DNA from: an uncultured Verrucomicrobiae bacterium
Lineage (GTDB): Bacteria > Verrucomicrobiota > Verrucomicrobiia > Limisphaerales > Palsa-1400
Length of the DNA stretch: 64,000 bases
Assembly: GCA_963707025.1 (NCBI GenBank)
Contig: CAVPOM010000006.1
Coordinates: 256,001-320,000, forward strand
Direction: 5' to 3'
In this document: piece by piece, positions 1 through 9,168 of the stretch
How positions within the stretch are numbered: position 1 is the stretch's first letter
How the letters are laid out: each line of letters opens with the position of its first letter
Position numbers and translations under genes: made by a program
The notes under the pieces: model-generated
What the model was told of the DNA's origin: nothing
Seen by the model: only the letters and a program-made list of their open reading frames with translations
Databases searched by the model: none

Positions 1-1452
1 CCAAGCTGGAATGTCCGCCGCTGGGCGCGTTGGAAACGGTGCTGCGCCCTTACCAAAAACACGGCGTGGCCTGGCTCCTTTTTCTACGGGAAAACGGCTT
101 CGGCGGCATTCTTGCCGATGAGATGGGGCTGGGCAAAACCTTGCAGACCTTGGCCTTCCTGGAAACAGTGGCGAGGGCACAGTGCGGAGCGCAGAGTGGC
201 CGGCGCCGTCCCCATTTGATTATCTGCCCAACGAGCCTGGTCTTCAACTGGATGGCGGAGGCCGGAGAAATTCACGCCGCAGTTGAAAGTGCTGGCCCTG
301 CACGGACCGGACCGGCACGCCCGCTTCGCTCAAATCGCGGCCAGCGACATCGTCTTGACAAGTTACGCCCTGCTCCGCCGCGACGCGGAGCGGTATGGCG
401 GGCTGGAGTTTGACACCCTGGTGCTGGACGAAGCCCAGCACATCAAAAACCGCCAGACCCAAAACGCCCAGGCCGTCAAAGCCGTCGGCGGCGCAACACC
501 GCTTTGTGCTGACCGGCACGCCCATGGAAAACTCCGTGCTCGATCTCTGGTCCATTTTTGACTTTCTCATGCCCGGCTATCTGGGGACCGCGCAGGATTT
601 CCGAGAGCGCTACGAGCTGCCCATCACCCGCGAAAAAGACGCCGCCGCCCAAACGCGGCTGGCGCGGCGGCTGCGGCCCTTCCTGCTGCGGCGGCTCAAG
701 CAGGAAGTGGCGGCGGATTTGCCGGCCAGGCTGGAACAGGTGTCCCTCTGCGAGTTGACGGCGGAGCAGCGCGGCGTTTATCAGCAGGTCATCGCAAGCC
801 AGCCGCAAGGAAGTGCTGGCAGCGGTCGGCGCGCATGGAGCCGCCAAAAGCCGCATGCTGGTCTTGAGCGCCTTGCTGCGGCTGCGCCAGGTCTGCTGCG
901 ATCTGCGCCTGCTGAAATTGGAGGGCGTCAATCCCGCCAACGCCTCCGGCAAACTGGATCTGTTCGGTGAACTGCTGGAGGAAGTCATGGACGGCGGCCA
1001 TCGCGTGCTGGTCTTCAGCCAGTTCGTCAGTATGTTGACCTTGTTGCAGGAAAGGCTCGACGGCCAGGGCATCGCCTATTGTTATCTGGACGGCTCCACG
1101 GCCGACCGCGGCGCGGTGGTGGAACAATTTCAAAACAAGCGCCGCCATTCCGGTTTTTCTCATCAGCCTCAAGGCCGGCGGAGTGGGCCTGAACCTGACG
1201 GGGGCGGACACCGTCATCCATTTCGATCCGTGGTGGAATCCGGCGGTGGAAGACCAGGCCACCGATCGGGCCCATCGCCTCGGCCAGACCAAAGTGGTGA
1301 CCAGCTACAAGCTGATCGCCCGCGACACGGTGGAGGAAAAAATCCTCGCCTTGCAAAACCGCAAGCGCGGGATGATCCGGGCGGCCCTCGGCGGCGAGGA
1401 AGAATTCGCCGCCGCGTTGACCTGGGAGGAGATCCAGGAACTGCTGGCTTGA
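1..1452 (+). CDS. SNF2/SWI2-family helicase, C-terminal part (5'-truncated by window edge, several frameshifts)
   Basis: Motifs in order across overlapping ORFs: [76 protein letters not shown]. Confidence 0.9.
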
Positions 1453-1538
1453 AACCCCAATCCGTTTCGGGGAGCACACGCGCCCTCGCGTGTTCCAACC
1501 GGCGCCCTCGCCGACCGTTCTCTCTGCCGGCCCGGAAA

Positions 1539-1760
1539 TCATTTCAGCCGATCCAGGCGGGAGTTCCGATTGTTTTCGTCACAAGTCAGCGCGAATTCCC
1601 CGTGGATCCCGTCCGCCGTGACAAACTGTTGGAGCAGCCCCGCCGGAAACTGGACGTTTTGTCCGGTGCTGCAACGCGCCAGCACATGCCGGGCCGTCCC
1701 GCGATAGTAATCCAGATACTGCTCCGCCGAAATGTGGAGCTTAAATTCATATCGCTTCAT
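1539..1760 (-). CDS. DUF2835-like small protein
   Basis: From ATG 1760: MKRYEFKLHISAEQYLDYYRGTARHVLARCSTGQNVQFPAGLLQQFVTADGIHGEF. Confidence 0.75.
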   Translation of the reverse strand: MKRYEFKLHISAEQYLDYYRGTARHVLARCSTGQNVQFPAGLLQQFVTADGIHGEFALTCDENNRNSRLDRLK

Positions 1761-2153
1761 GCAATCACCGTCCCGCCAGCAAACCCGAATCAGCCCGCGA
1801 AGGCAAGCGCGCGGGCGCGGTTGCCTGAAAGCATGTCGTGCGATGGGCCAAGCCACAGAAGCGTATCCTCTCTTGACATCAGCCGCACGTTGGAAAATCA
1901 CCACTGGTCAGTCATCCTCATGGCCGAAGGCGCAAGGACGCAAAGGGTCGTTTCTGTCCCGGCATCTTTGCGTCTTGGCGAGTTTGCGATGAGCGGTCTT
2001 TTTTATCCGAAGAATACCACCAGGAGCACATCGGCCCCACCGGCAACAAAACGCGAAAACGCACTTGCGCCGGAGTAAAGGCGGCACTATAGTTCGTCAA
2101 GCACCGACGATGACACGGCGATCAAACCGCGGTCGCATTGACCGATCAAACTC

Positions 2154-4265
2154 ATGTATTTCGGAGCCGATTACCACCCGGAGCACTGGGTCCACCCTTA
2201 CGCGGGTTCGGCCGAGGAGCCGGAAGCCCGCTGGAAAAGGGACATCGAATTGATGCTGGCCGCCGGCATTAATACGGTGCGCATGGGCGAATTCGCCTGG
2301 GGAATTTGCGAACCCCGGGAAGGCCAGTATGATTTTGCCTGGCTCCGGCGCGTGATGGATTTGATGGGCGAAGTCGGCATCCAGGTGGTGCTGGGCACGC
2401 CCACCGCCGCCCCGCCGGTCTGGCTGAGCCGCCAGCATCCCGAGATCCTGCCCCTGGACGAACGGGGCCTGCCGATGAGCGACGGCACCCGGCTGGCTTG
2501 CTGCTTGAACAGCGATCTTTACTGGGATTATTCCAAGAAAATTGTGCGCGCCATGGCCGAGGCCCTGGGCAACCATCCCCAGCTAATCGCCTGGCAAGTC
2601 CACAATAACGCCGGCGTCCATTCCATCATCCCTTGCTTCAACCAGGAGACGCGGCGGGATTGGCACGCCTGGCTCAAGGCCAAATATGAGGATATCGGGC
2701 GGCTGAATGATATGATGGGCCTGCGCTTCTGGGGCCAGTTGGTCAGCGATTGGTCGGAGGTGCCGATGCCCATGGTCGCGCCCGCCCCGCATAATCCCTC
2801 CTTGCTGATGGATTGGCGGCGTTTTTGCAGCGATACCATTGTCGCTTTTGTCAGAATGCAGGCCGACTTGTTGCGGGAACTGACGCCCCACGCCCCCACC
2901 ACCAGCAACATCCGCGTTTTCGGCCATCAGGTGGACCTTTTCGATCTGGCGGGCGTGCTGGACTTCGCTTCGCTCAACAGCAACGCCACCATTCAGTCCA
3001 AACCCGCGGTCAACGCCTGCGAAATAGATTTCCTCCGTTCCCTCAAAAAGGGAGGCAGCAAGACGCCCGGGGGCGAGGAGGGTTTCTGGGTGATCGAACA
3101 GCGGGCCGGGCACGTCAACTGGCAGGAAGTCAATTCCCTGGTCCGCCCCGGAGTGGTTCGCCTGTTCACTTATCAAGTGCTCTCGCGCGGAGCCGATGCG
3201 GTGCTTTATTTCTTTTGGCGGCAGCCGCGCATCGGGACGGAGAAATTTTATGGCGCCATCCTGGCCCACAACGGGCGTGGGGAAAACCGGATTTACCAGG
3301 AAATCAGCCAGATCGGGGAGGAAATCAAACGGCTGGCTCCCGCCTTGGAAGGCACCAAGGTGGTGGCCGAGGCGTGCATTCTTTACAGCCACGAAAACGA
3401 TTGGTCTCTCTCCCTCCCGCGCCAGCCCAACGCCAATTTCAGCCTGCGCAACCATGTCCAACTTTTCCACAGCGCGCTGCACGACCGAAATATCCCGGTG
3501 GATTTCGCGCGGCCGGGCGACGATCTGTCGCGCTACAAGCTGGTGCTGGCGCCCTCCCTGAGCCTGCTGGCCGCCGGGGAGACCGACGCGCTCAAACTCT
3601 ACGTGCAAAATGGCGGCACGCTGGTGGCCACCTGCAACAGCGGCCTGGTGGATGAGCACCACATCGCGGCCGATGACGGTTTTCCCCACAACATGACCGA
3701 TTTGTTCGGGCTGGAAGTGCTGGAGTTCGATCCGATTGGGGCGGATCATGAGAATCATCTCGCCTTCAAAGGCCAGTTTCACGCCAACCATGCCCACCGC
3801 GCCCGGCTCTGGTGCGATGTCATCGCGCCCGGCAGTTGCCAGGTTCTGGCCACTTACACGCATGATTTCTACGCCAGCCGGCCCGCCGTGACCTTGAACG
3901 AATTCGGCCTGGGCAAGGCCATCTATATTGGCACCGTTTCCGACCAGCCTTTTTACGACGATTTGATCGCCTGGCTGCGCACCATCTGCTCCTTGCATCA
4001 ATTGCTCAAAGTGCCCGACACCGTCGAGGTCAGCATGCGCGAGAGGGCGGGCATGAAGGTCTTTTTCCTGCTCAACCACCAGAGCAGCGCGGTGCGCATC
4101 ACCTTTTACAAGCCCATGCACGATTTTCTGACGGAGCGGACCATCACCGGCAATTACGACCTGCCCCCCCACGGAGTCCTTGTGCTTGACGAAATCCGCA
4201 CCGGCGAGGCCGCGGCCCCGGAGGAAAACCGCGGCGTTGCGGCCGCGGCGCGGCCGGCCTTTTGA
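2154..4265 (+). CDS. Beta-galactosidase, GH42 family
   Basis: YFGADYHPEHW, RMGEFAW, LGTPTAAPPVW, C-terminal trimerisation-type domain; 703 aa. Confidence 0.9.
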   Translation: MYFGADYHPEHWVHPYAGSAEEPEARWKRDIELMLAAGINTVRMGEFAWGICEPREGQYDFAWLRRVMDLMGEVGIQVVLGTPTAAPPVWLSRQHPEILPLDERGLPMSDGTRLACCLNSDLYWDYSKKIVRAMAEALGNHPQLIAWQVHNNAGVHSIIPCFNQETRRDWHAWLKAKYEDIGRLNDMMGLRFWGQLVSDWSEVPMPMVAPAPHNPSLLMDWRRFCSDTIVAFVRMQADLLRELTPHAPTTSNIRVFGHQVDLFDLAGVLDFASLNSNATIQSKPAVNACEIDFLRSLKKGGSKTPGGEEGFWVIEQRAGHVNWQEVNSLVRPGVVRLFTYQVLSRGADAVLYFFWRQPRIGTEKFYGAILAHNGRGENRIYQEISQIGEEIKRLAPALEGTKVVAEACILYSHENDWSLSLPRQPNANFSLRNHVQLFHSALHDRNIPVDFARPGDDLSRYKLVLAPSLSLLAAGETDALKLYVQNGGTLVATCNSGLVDEHHIAADDGFPHNMTDLFGLEVLEFDPIGADHENHLAFKGQFHANHAHRARLWCDVIAPGSCQVLATYTHDFYASRPAVTLNEFGLGKAIYIGTVSDQPFYDDLIAWLRTICSLHQLLKVPDTVEVSMRERAGMKVFFLLNHQSSAVRITFYKPMHDFLTERTITGNYDLPPHGVLVLDEIRTGEAAAPEENRGVAAAARPAF

Positions 4266-4280
4266 TCCCCGGCGCCTGCC

Positions 4281-4694
4281 ATGCCCAGCGGCCCGTTTTC
4301 CTTTCCTCCGCGGCGTTCCCCGCCGCCGCCTTCCTCCCCCCGGCAGCGCGCGCTGGCCCAGTGGCGCGGCTGGAATTGGAGCGGCGATGAAATCGCCCGG
4401 CAAGCCTCCGGGAAAAAGGCCGCCGCCATCCTGCCCCGCGTGCTGGCCGGTTTGCGCATGGACCGCCGCCAGGCGGAGGCGGAAATTTTGCAGGTTTGGA
4501 GTCATCAATTGGATCCGAACATCGTGGCTCACGCCCGGCCCGCCGGTATCCGCCACGGCACTTTATTCGTCAATGTGGACAGCAGTGTTTGGCTGGATGA
4601 GATCGTGCGCTACCGGCGCCGCGAAATCCTGGAAAGGCTGCAGAACAGTTTTGGGCGCGAGTTGATTCGCAGAATCTCCTTCCGGCTGGGTTAG
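4281..4694 (+). CDS. DUF721/DciA-family protein
   Basis: W...IVAHARPAGIRHGTLFVNVDSSVWLDE pattern. Confidence 0.8.
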   Translation: MPSGPFSFPPRRSPPPPSSPRQRALAQWRGWNWSGDEIARQASGKKAAAILPRVLAGLRMDRRQAEAEILQVWSHQLDPNIVAHARPAGIRHGTLFVNVDSSVWLDEIVRYRRREILERLQNSFGRELIRRISFRLG

Positions 4695-6169
4695 GCGCGT
4701 TCTCCCCCGCTGGCTGGCGCCCGGCCGGGCGGCGGGGCCGCTGGCGTCCTGGGGCCGAGGCCCAGCTTGGCCCGGAGGTAATTGGCATTTTGGGGCGAAA
4801 GATAATGTTCCATTTGCTCCAGTTCGTCTCTTCTTAACTTCGACATCGGCTCAAGGGCGATGCGCTTGCCATTGGGGTCGTTCAGTCCTCCGGGAAGGCG
4901 GCTCATGTAGCTGCGCCAAATCGCCTCCGCCAAATGGCTGAAATTCTCCGCCCGGTCGGCATCATCCCCGATCAAGCACAGGTACTCCTGCGAAATCAAA
5001 CCCAGGATGACCCCGGTCATCTTGGGTTGATCCAGTTCCCCGATCTCGGATTGGATTTGTTTGAAGGCGTATTCTTCGACGGTCAGATTGGTCTCGTCGC
5101 CGGTGATGGCATTGGTGAAGTTCTGCTTCAAACAGTTGAACCAGTGCAAGGCTTCCCGGTCGCGGTTATACTCATACAACAGCACGACGGCCTCCTTGAG
5201 AAAATTCTTCTGGGCGTTCTGCACCACCTTCTTGTCCGTCTTGTCCAGCAGGGTCCTTTCGTAGGAGGCGTTGACCTTGGGGACAAGGTCCAAATCGGGC
5301 CAAAGAATGAAATTCTCCTCCGTGACATTAGTGACCCACGGGGGCAGGGCGCCGCCGCGCCGGCAGGCCTGCTGCATGATGGAGTAGGCGAAACGGCGCA
5401 CCAGGTCCCGGTCCTCCTGCGTTCCCTTGCGCACGCCCATCTCCGCCCAGTAAATGGCGTGGGCGTCCGGCAAACGCCAGTCCAGCGGCCCGTAGGTCTG
5501 GTCAATGTGCTGGATGAATTCCGGGTCCATCTGATAATCCTCGCGCAATTTCCTGGCCCGTTCGCGCTCGGCCGGCGTCTGGGGGTGGAGCAAGGCGGCA
5601 AAGTCGGGATGGCCGCCCAGGATGTCCTGCATTTGCTGGGCCCAGCGGATTTTGTAAAGCATGTGGGCGTCGTCCAGGTTCTGCCCGATCTTATGGCGGA
5701 AAATCCAGGACAGATCCTGGTAGATTTTCGGATCGGCCGGGTTGTAGTGCAGGCCCTTGTGCAGCAGTTCGATGCCGCGCTGCACCCAGCGCCAGCGTTC
5801 CTCGAAGTCCTTGCACTTGACAGATATGTTGTAGGCCATGTTCCAGGCCTGCATCCGCCAAACCTCGCTGTAATGCGGCTCCAGCGTGGTGATCCAGTCG
5901 GCCAACTGGACCATTTCAAAATACCGCTCCTCATCCTGCAGTTCGGTGGCCCGCATCCACAGGGCGTTGGAAATCAGCCCGCGGAAACCGCCCAGGGCCA
6001 CGGTGGTGAAGGCCAGGATGGGTGGCGCGTTGGACAAGGGCGGCAGGCGGGTGAAGCCATAGGCCGCGCGGTCCGTGTTCAGCCGCCCCTGCATTTGCGA
6101 GGAGCCGCAAAAAAGCGCCGCCGCCAATCCCACCAGGGCCGGCTTATAAAATCTGGCTCGAAAATTCAT
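4691..6169 (-). CDS. Conserved hypothetical PVC-type helical/TPR-like protein with N-terminal membrane anchor
   Basis: Long ORF with host-like codon bias; LGGFRGLISNALWMRA and QAWNMAYNIS motifs. Confidence 0.75.
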   Translation of the reverse strand: MNFRARFYKPALVGLAAALFCGSSQMQGRLNTDRAAYGFTRLPPLSNAPPILAFTTVALGGFRGLISNALWMRATELQDEERYFEMVQLADWITTLEPHYSEVWRMQAWNMAYNISVKCKDFEERWRWVQRGIELLHKGLHYNPADPKIYQDLSWIFRHKIGQNLDDAHMLYKIRWAQQMQDILGGHPDFAALLHPQTPAERERARKLREDYQMDPEFIQHIDQTYGPLDWRLPDAHAIYWAEMGVRKGTQEDRDLVRRFAYSIMQQACRRGGALPPWVTNVTEENFILWPDLDLVPKVNASYERTLLDKTDKKVVQNAQKNFLKEAVVLLYEYNRDREALHWFNCLKQNFTNAITGDETNLTVEEYAFKQIQSEIGELDQPKMTGVILGLISQEYLCLIGDDADRAENFSHLAEAIWRSYMSRLPGGLNDPNGKRIALEPMSKLRRDELEQMEHYLSPQNANYLRAKLGLGPRTPAAPPPGRAPASGGERA

Positions 6170-6340
6170 CCTTCGCCGCTCCAACTTAATGCACAATGTT
6201 CAAAATCCAAAGTCTTATATTCAACGCGCCGCCGGCCTCCCAATTCCGCCAGCCCGCCGATTTTTAGCCGCGCCTGGAAAGCGGGGCCAATGCCAAATGC
6301 ATCCTCCTCCGCCAGGCCTTCCTCCTTCGCAGGGCCTGCC

Positions 6341-6373
6341 TGCCCGCCGTCGCATGCAGGGCGCTTGTTCGCC
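6341..6373 (-). mobile_element. Degenerate half attC site (R'' GGCGAAC plus left arm) ending cassette 5
   Basis: Minus strand ggcgaacaagcgccctgcatgcgacggcggg just after the stop at 6384; GCGAAC complements the GTTCGC core that opens this cassette at 6949-6954; no right arm found. Confidence 0.55.
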
Positions 6374-6383
6374 GCCGCGGTGT

Positions 6384-6941
6384 TCATTCGCTTTTGAAAC
6401 CAAGCAGCTTGAGGGACTGCGTTACCGCATCCGTATCTGAATGGCCATCGGCTGCGGCACGCAGACGCTCCTTAAGCGGTTCTCGAATCGGGGAATCGCT
6501 GGCAGTGAGAAGTGCTTCGATTTCGAGGAACCGTGTGAACCAAGGCTGGCCCTCGTGCTCCACGTATCGCGCGAGATCATCGATGCACCTGTCGTAGGTG
6601 CTACTGTTCTGAGCGTTAAAGCGAAAGTGGTAGTGAGCCGCGCGGAGGCGCTCAGAGAAATCGTAGCGAGGGCCGTTGGGTGAGAGGGCCTCAAGCACAT
6701 CGTTCAGAACCCGAATCCCGAAGCCAACGTCTAAGGTGACCGAGTAGTTCCTGGGCCGCCCGTAGGAGCTGCCTTGGCGGAAAAGAGTGATGAAATCAGC
6801 AGGGTGCTCGTGCCTCCGTGCCCACAACATCGTCTTGGTTCGATTGAAGCCAATCGGCTCGATTCGCGCAGAGAAGTCCTTAGCTGCACTCTCCACACCC
6901 TGGCGGACGACTTGTGTAGTGTCAGTGGGGACGGGCTTCAT
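6384..6941 (-). CDS. Integron cassette 5 ORF, hypothetical protein
   Basis: Lower GC; ATG a few bases after the GTTCGCA core of the adjacent attC. Confidence 0.75.
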   Translation of the reverse strand: MKPVPTDTTQVVRQGVESAAKDFSARIEPIGFNRTKTMLWARRHEHPADFITLFRQGSSYGRPRNYSVTLDVGFGIRVLNDVLEALSPNGPRYDFSERLRAAHYHFRFNAQNSSTYDRCIDDLARYVEHEGQPWFTRFLEIEALLTASDSPIREPLKERLRAAADGHSDTDAVTQSLKLLGFKSE

Positions 6942-6948
6942 ACTTTCT

Positions 6949-7082
6949 GCGAACGTAGAAAGTTGAGCCACCGCCGACTCGCGGCGTGAATCCCGACTTG
7001 TCGGGAAACAAAAGCGCCATCCGCCTTCGCTCCGCAGCTACGGTCGGACAGGACGGCGGTTGGCTCCGGAGACTGGTGAGGT
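6949..7082 (-). mobile_element. attC site (cassette 4)
   Basis: Minus strand ACCTCAC...ggagccaaccgccg...cggcggtggctcaac...GTTCGC imperfect palindrome between ORFs. Confidence 0.8.
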
Positions 7083-7083
7083 A

Positions 7084-7440
7084 TCATTGTTTGTGCCATA
7101 TCATCTGTGTGTGCCCATCAATACTCAAAACCACCAACTTGTCTCCAAGAAGACTCACAACTTTGTTGCTCTCCACTTGGAAAGCGCCGTCCTGACGATC
7201 AGCATTGGTCACTGTACCAATGGCGTATCCGTTCTTGACCTGCCACGTTCCCTTAACGGTCTCGATACCGGATCTCTTCATAACATAAGTCCCATCAGCC
7301 CTGTTCTCGATTACTTTGGCTGGATCTGAATCCAATGACCACACCCCGACTATACCACGGCGAATAACAGCATCGCTTGTGGTCGTTGTGCAAGCCGTCA
7401 GCAACAAGCTCAATGCGAATAATGTAGGTATGAATTTCAT
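7084..7440 (-). CDS. Integron cassette 4 ORF, predicted lipoprotein
   Basis: MKFIPTLFALSLLLTAC lipobox, then IVGVWSL...DGTY...GTWQV beta-rich domain. Confidence 0.8.
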   Translation of the reverse strand: MKFIPTLFALSLLLTACTTTTSDAVIRRGIVGVWSLDSDPAKVIENRADGTYVMKRSGIETVKGTWQVKNGYAIGTVTNADRQDGAFQVESNKVVSLLGDKLVVLSIDGHTQMIWHKQ

Positions 7441-7455
7441 AAAGGTGTGAATGAC

Positions 7456-7558
7456 GCCTAACGTCCAGAGCTCAGGCACGCGGGACCAAACCACCTGAAT
7501 CCGGGCTTGTCGGGAAACAAAAGCGCCATCCCTCGTTGGCTGCAGTGAATTGTTAGGC
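7456..7558 (-). mobile_element. attC site (cassette 3)
   Basis: GCCTAAC ... GTTAGGC ends with internal imperfect inverted arms. Confidence 0.9.
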
Positions 7559-7568
7559 ATCAATGTGT

Positions 7569-7871
7569 TCATGTGAAGAACAACTTTCCAATGACGACTA
7601 CGAGTAGAACCCAAGCGAGAATAATCGCGATGGCAATCGCAACCAGACGAAGATAGTAGCCGAAAAACCGACCAATCGTCTTCGATATGCGCCAACGTTC
7701 ACGTAAGGCAGACGTTGCATAATATAGACTTCCGAGCGTGATGAGAATACCAATAGGGAGTCGGACGAACATCGGAGCGTGCGGAAGGGCAAACCACCAC
7801 AGTGGGAACAACACGGCGATCAAAACCGCCTCTGGCCAATCGGCAGTAGAGATTTTCAGGCGTGGTCGCAT
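7569..7871 (-). CDS. Integron cassette 3 ORF, small membrane protein (about 3 TM segments)
   Basis: Hydrophobic 100-aa ORF filling the space between two attC sites. Confidence 0.75.
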   Translation of the reverse strand: MRPRLKISTADWPEAVLIAVLFPLWWFALPHAPMFVRLPIGILITLGSLYYATSALRERWRISKTIGRFFGYYLRLVAIAIAIILAWVLLVVVIGKLFFT

Positions 7872-7874
7872 GAT

Positions 7875-8000
7875 GCCTAACGTCCAAGCTCAGGCACAGC
7901 CACCGGAGACTGAGCTTGGCTGCAATGATGATGTTCAAATTTCATGTCCCGGTCAAAACTGAAAGGGGCGGTGGCTGTTGCCTGCAGCGATTTGTTAGGC
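7875..8000 (-). mobile_element. attC site (cassette 2)
   Basis: GCCTAAC...caggcacagccacc...ggtggctgttgcctg...GTTAGGC. Confidence 0.9.
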
Positions 8001-8010
8001 GTCATCGTCG

Positions 8011-8388
8011 CTACTCCCATCTGGCCTCAACATTCGGCCTACCAAGAAGCTGGACGAGGTGGTCGCTGCTTACCAGTGCAAAATGTGATACGCCTCTGTT
8101 GCCGCTATAAATCTGACTGAACTGCTCCAACCAACTGGAACCTTCCACAAGTAATAATGGAAATGTTTGTGACGGTCTGAGCATCGGGAGAAGTGAAACC
8201 GGCAGAAAGTCGAACCCCGGACACTCCTGCTCGAAACGAAGTGCGACAACTCCTGTGAAGTGAAGCACCAAAACTCTGCTGCCAACCATCCGCACTGTCA
8301 GCTTGTCATCCTGAAATGAATACGAAATTGAATCGAACGGTGAATCAATATCTGGCACCGGCTGCCACTTGGAAACGCGTAATGTCAT
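8011..8388 (-). CDS. Integron cassette 2 ORF, hypothetical protein
   Basis: 125-aa ORF bounded by attC sites, lower GC. Confidence 0.8.
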   Translation of the reverse strand: MTLRVSKWQPVPDIDSPFDSISYSFQDDKLTVRMVGSRVLVLHFTGVVALRFEQECPGFDFLPVSLLPMLRPSQTFPLLLVEGSSWLEQFSQIYSGNRGVSHFALVSSDHLVQLLGRPNVEARWE

Positions 8389-8392
8389 AAAC

Positions 8393-8491
8393 GTCTAACG
8401 AAAAAAGCTGAGCCACCGCCGACTCGCGACGTGAACCGCGATAGCGGAACTGCAAGCGCCAACGGCGGTTGGCTCCGGCGACTTGTTAGGC
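8393..8491 (-). mobile_element. attC site (cassette 1)
   Basis: GTCTAAC...gagccaccgccg...cggcggttggctc...GTTAGGC. Confidence 0.9.
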
Positions 8492-8508
8492 CACTGGCCA
8501 ATCATAAC

Positions 8509-8736
8509 TCAATGTCGTATAATCAGCGATGCGGCTAAAGTGCAATACTCTGCCGGAACTGTCCAGACCTCTGCGTGCTGGCCGCCAGCTCCACCTTCCG
8601 AAATGCGCTTGCATCGTGGCTCTCCAAACCAAAGTGCGAGATGGTCATCTGGTGCGCCGCCGTCCTGCGGTGTGCCAACAACCACAGCGAGCAATCCATC
8701 CGTCTCAACTAACTGTCCTCGCTTGAAAATACTCAT
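8509..8736 (-). CDS. Integron cassette 1 ORF, hypothetical protein
   Basis: 75-aa ORF starting about 12 nt after the GTTAGGC core at the attI junction. Confidence 0.75.
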   Translation of the reverse strand: MSIFKRGQLVETDGLLAVVVGTPQDGGAPDDHLALWFGEPRCKRISEGGAGGQHAEVWTVPAEYCTLAASLIIRH

Positions 8737-8743
8737 GGTGCGA

Positions 8744-8775
8744 AGTGGCCTAACAATTAATATACGCCAGCTTGT
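8744..8775 (-). mobile_element. attI site / first cassette junction
   Basis: GTTAGGC core (minus strand, 8748-8754) with no attC hairpin, between the first cassette and the divergent intI. Confidence 0.7.
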
Positions 8776-8788
8776 TCGTGTATTACGA

Positions 8789-8802
8789 TGTCCGAATGAA
8801 CA
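8789..8802. promoter_or_regulatory. Putative LexA box overlapping the intI start codon
   Basis: TGTCC-GAAT-GAACA, one mismatch to the Verrucomicrobia LexA motif TGTTC-N4-GAACA. Confidence 0.55.
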
Positions 8803-9031
8803 CTTCCGAAAGAGTGCGGCGGCTTACGGAAATTGTTCGACGCCAACATCTTGCGCTCGCGACCAAGCGCACTTGCTGCGCCTGGCTCAGGCGATATTGC
8901 GACTTGCTCAAAGGGCTGCCGTTGCGTATGCCAGGTGAACATAAACAGGAACGGTTTCTGACCGTCCTGACCCGAAAGGATGTCGCCGCCAGTACCCAAA
9001 ATCAAGCCTTTAATGCAATTAACCGACCGCG
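8796..9031 (+). pseudogene. intI: Integron integrase, N-terminal fragment, truncated at a MITE
   Basis: RRQHLALATKRTCCAWLRRY...ERFLTVL...VAASTQNQAFNAI resembles the IntI N-terminal domain; divergent from the attC array; no catalytic domain found in the window. Confidence 0.85.
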
Positions 9032-9168
9032 GGGCGCATCTTGACACTGCTGCTGGCGGAGTGCGGCCGTCCCCGGCCGCAGCAAGCCGGGGATTTTTTG
9101 GGTGCGCAGGAAGATCACCGGCGCGCCGTGTTTCCCACGCTGCTGCGCCCGAGGACGGGGAATGGCGC

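Noticed and set aside
1..1452. Programmed frameshifting or true pseudogene in the SNF2 gene
   Set aside because: Similar single-base shifts hit several unrelated genes (near 17250, 25900, 29075, 55290) while motifs stay intact, so sequencing indels are more likely.
7084..7695. 203-aa ORF spanning two cassettes
   Set aside because: Reads through an attC; the lipoprotein signal starts at 7440.
6949..8491. Intergenic palindromes as terminators or ncRNAs
   Set aside because: RYYYAAC/GTTRRRY ends, one-ORF spacing and the adjacent intI identify them as attC sites.
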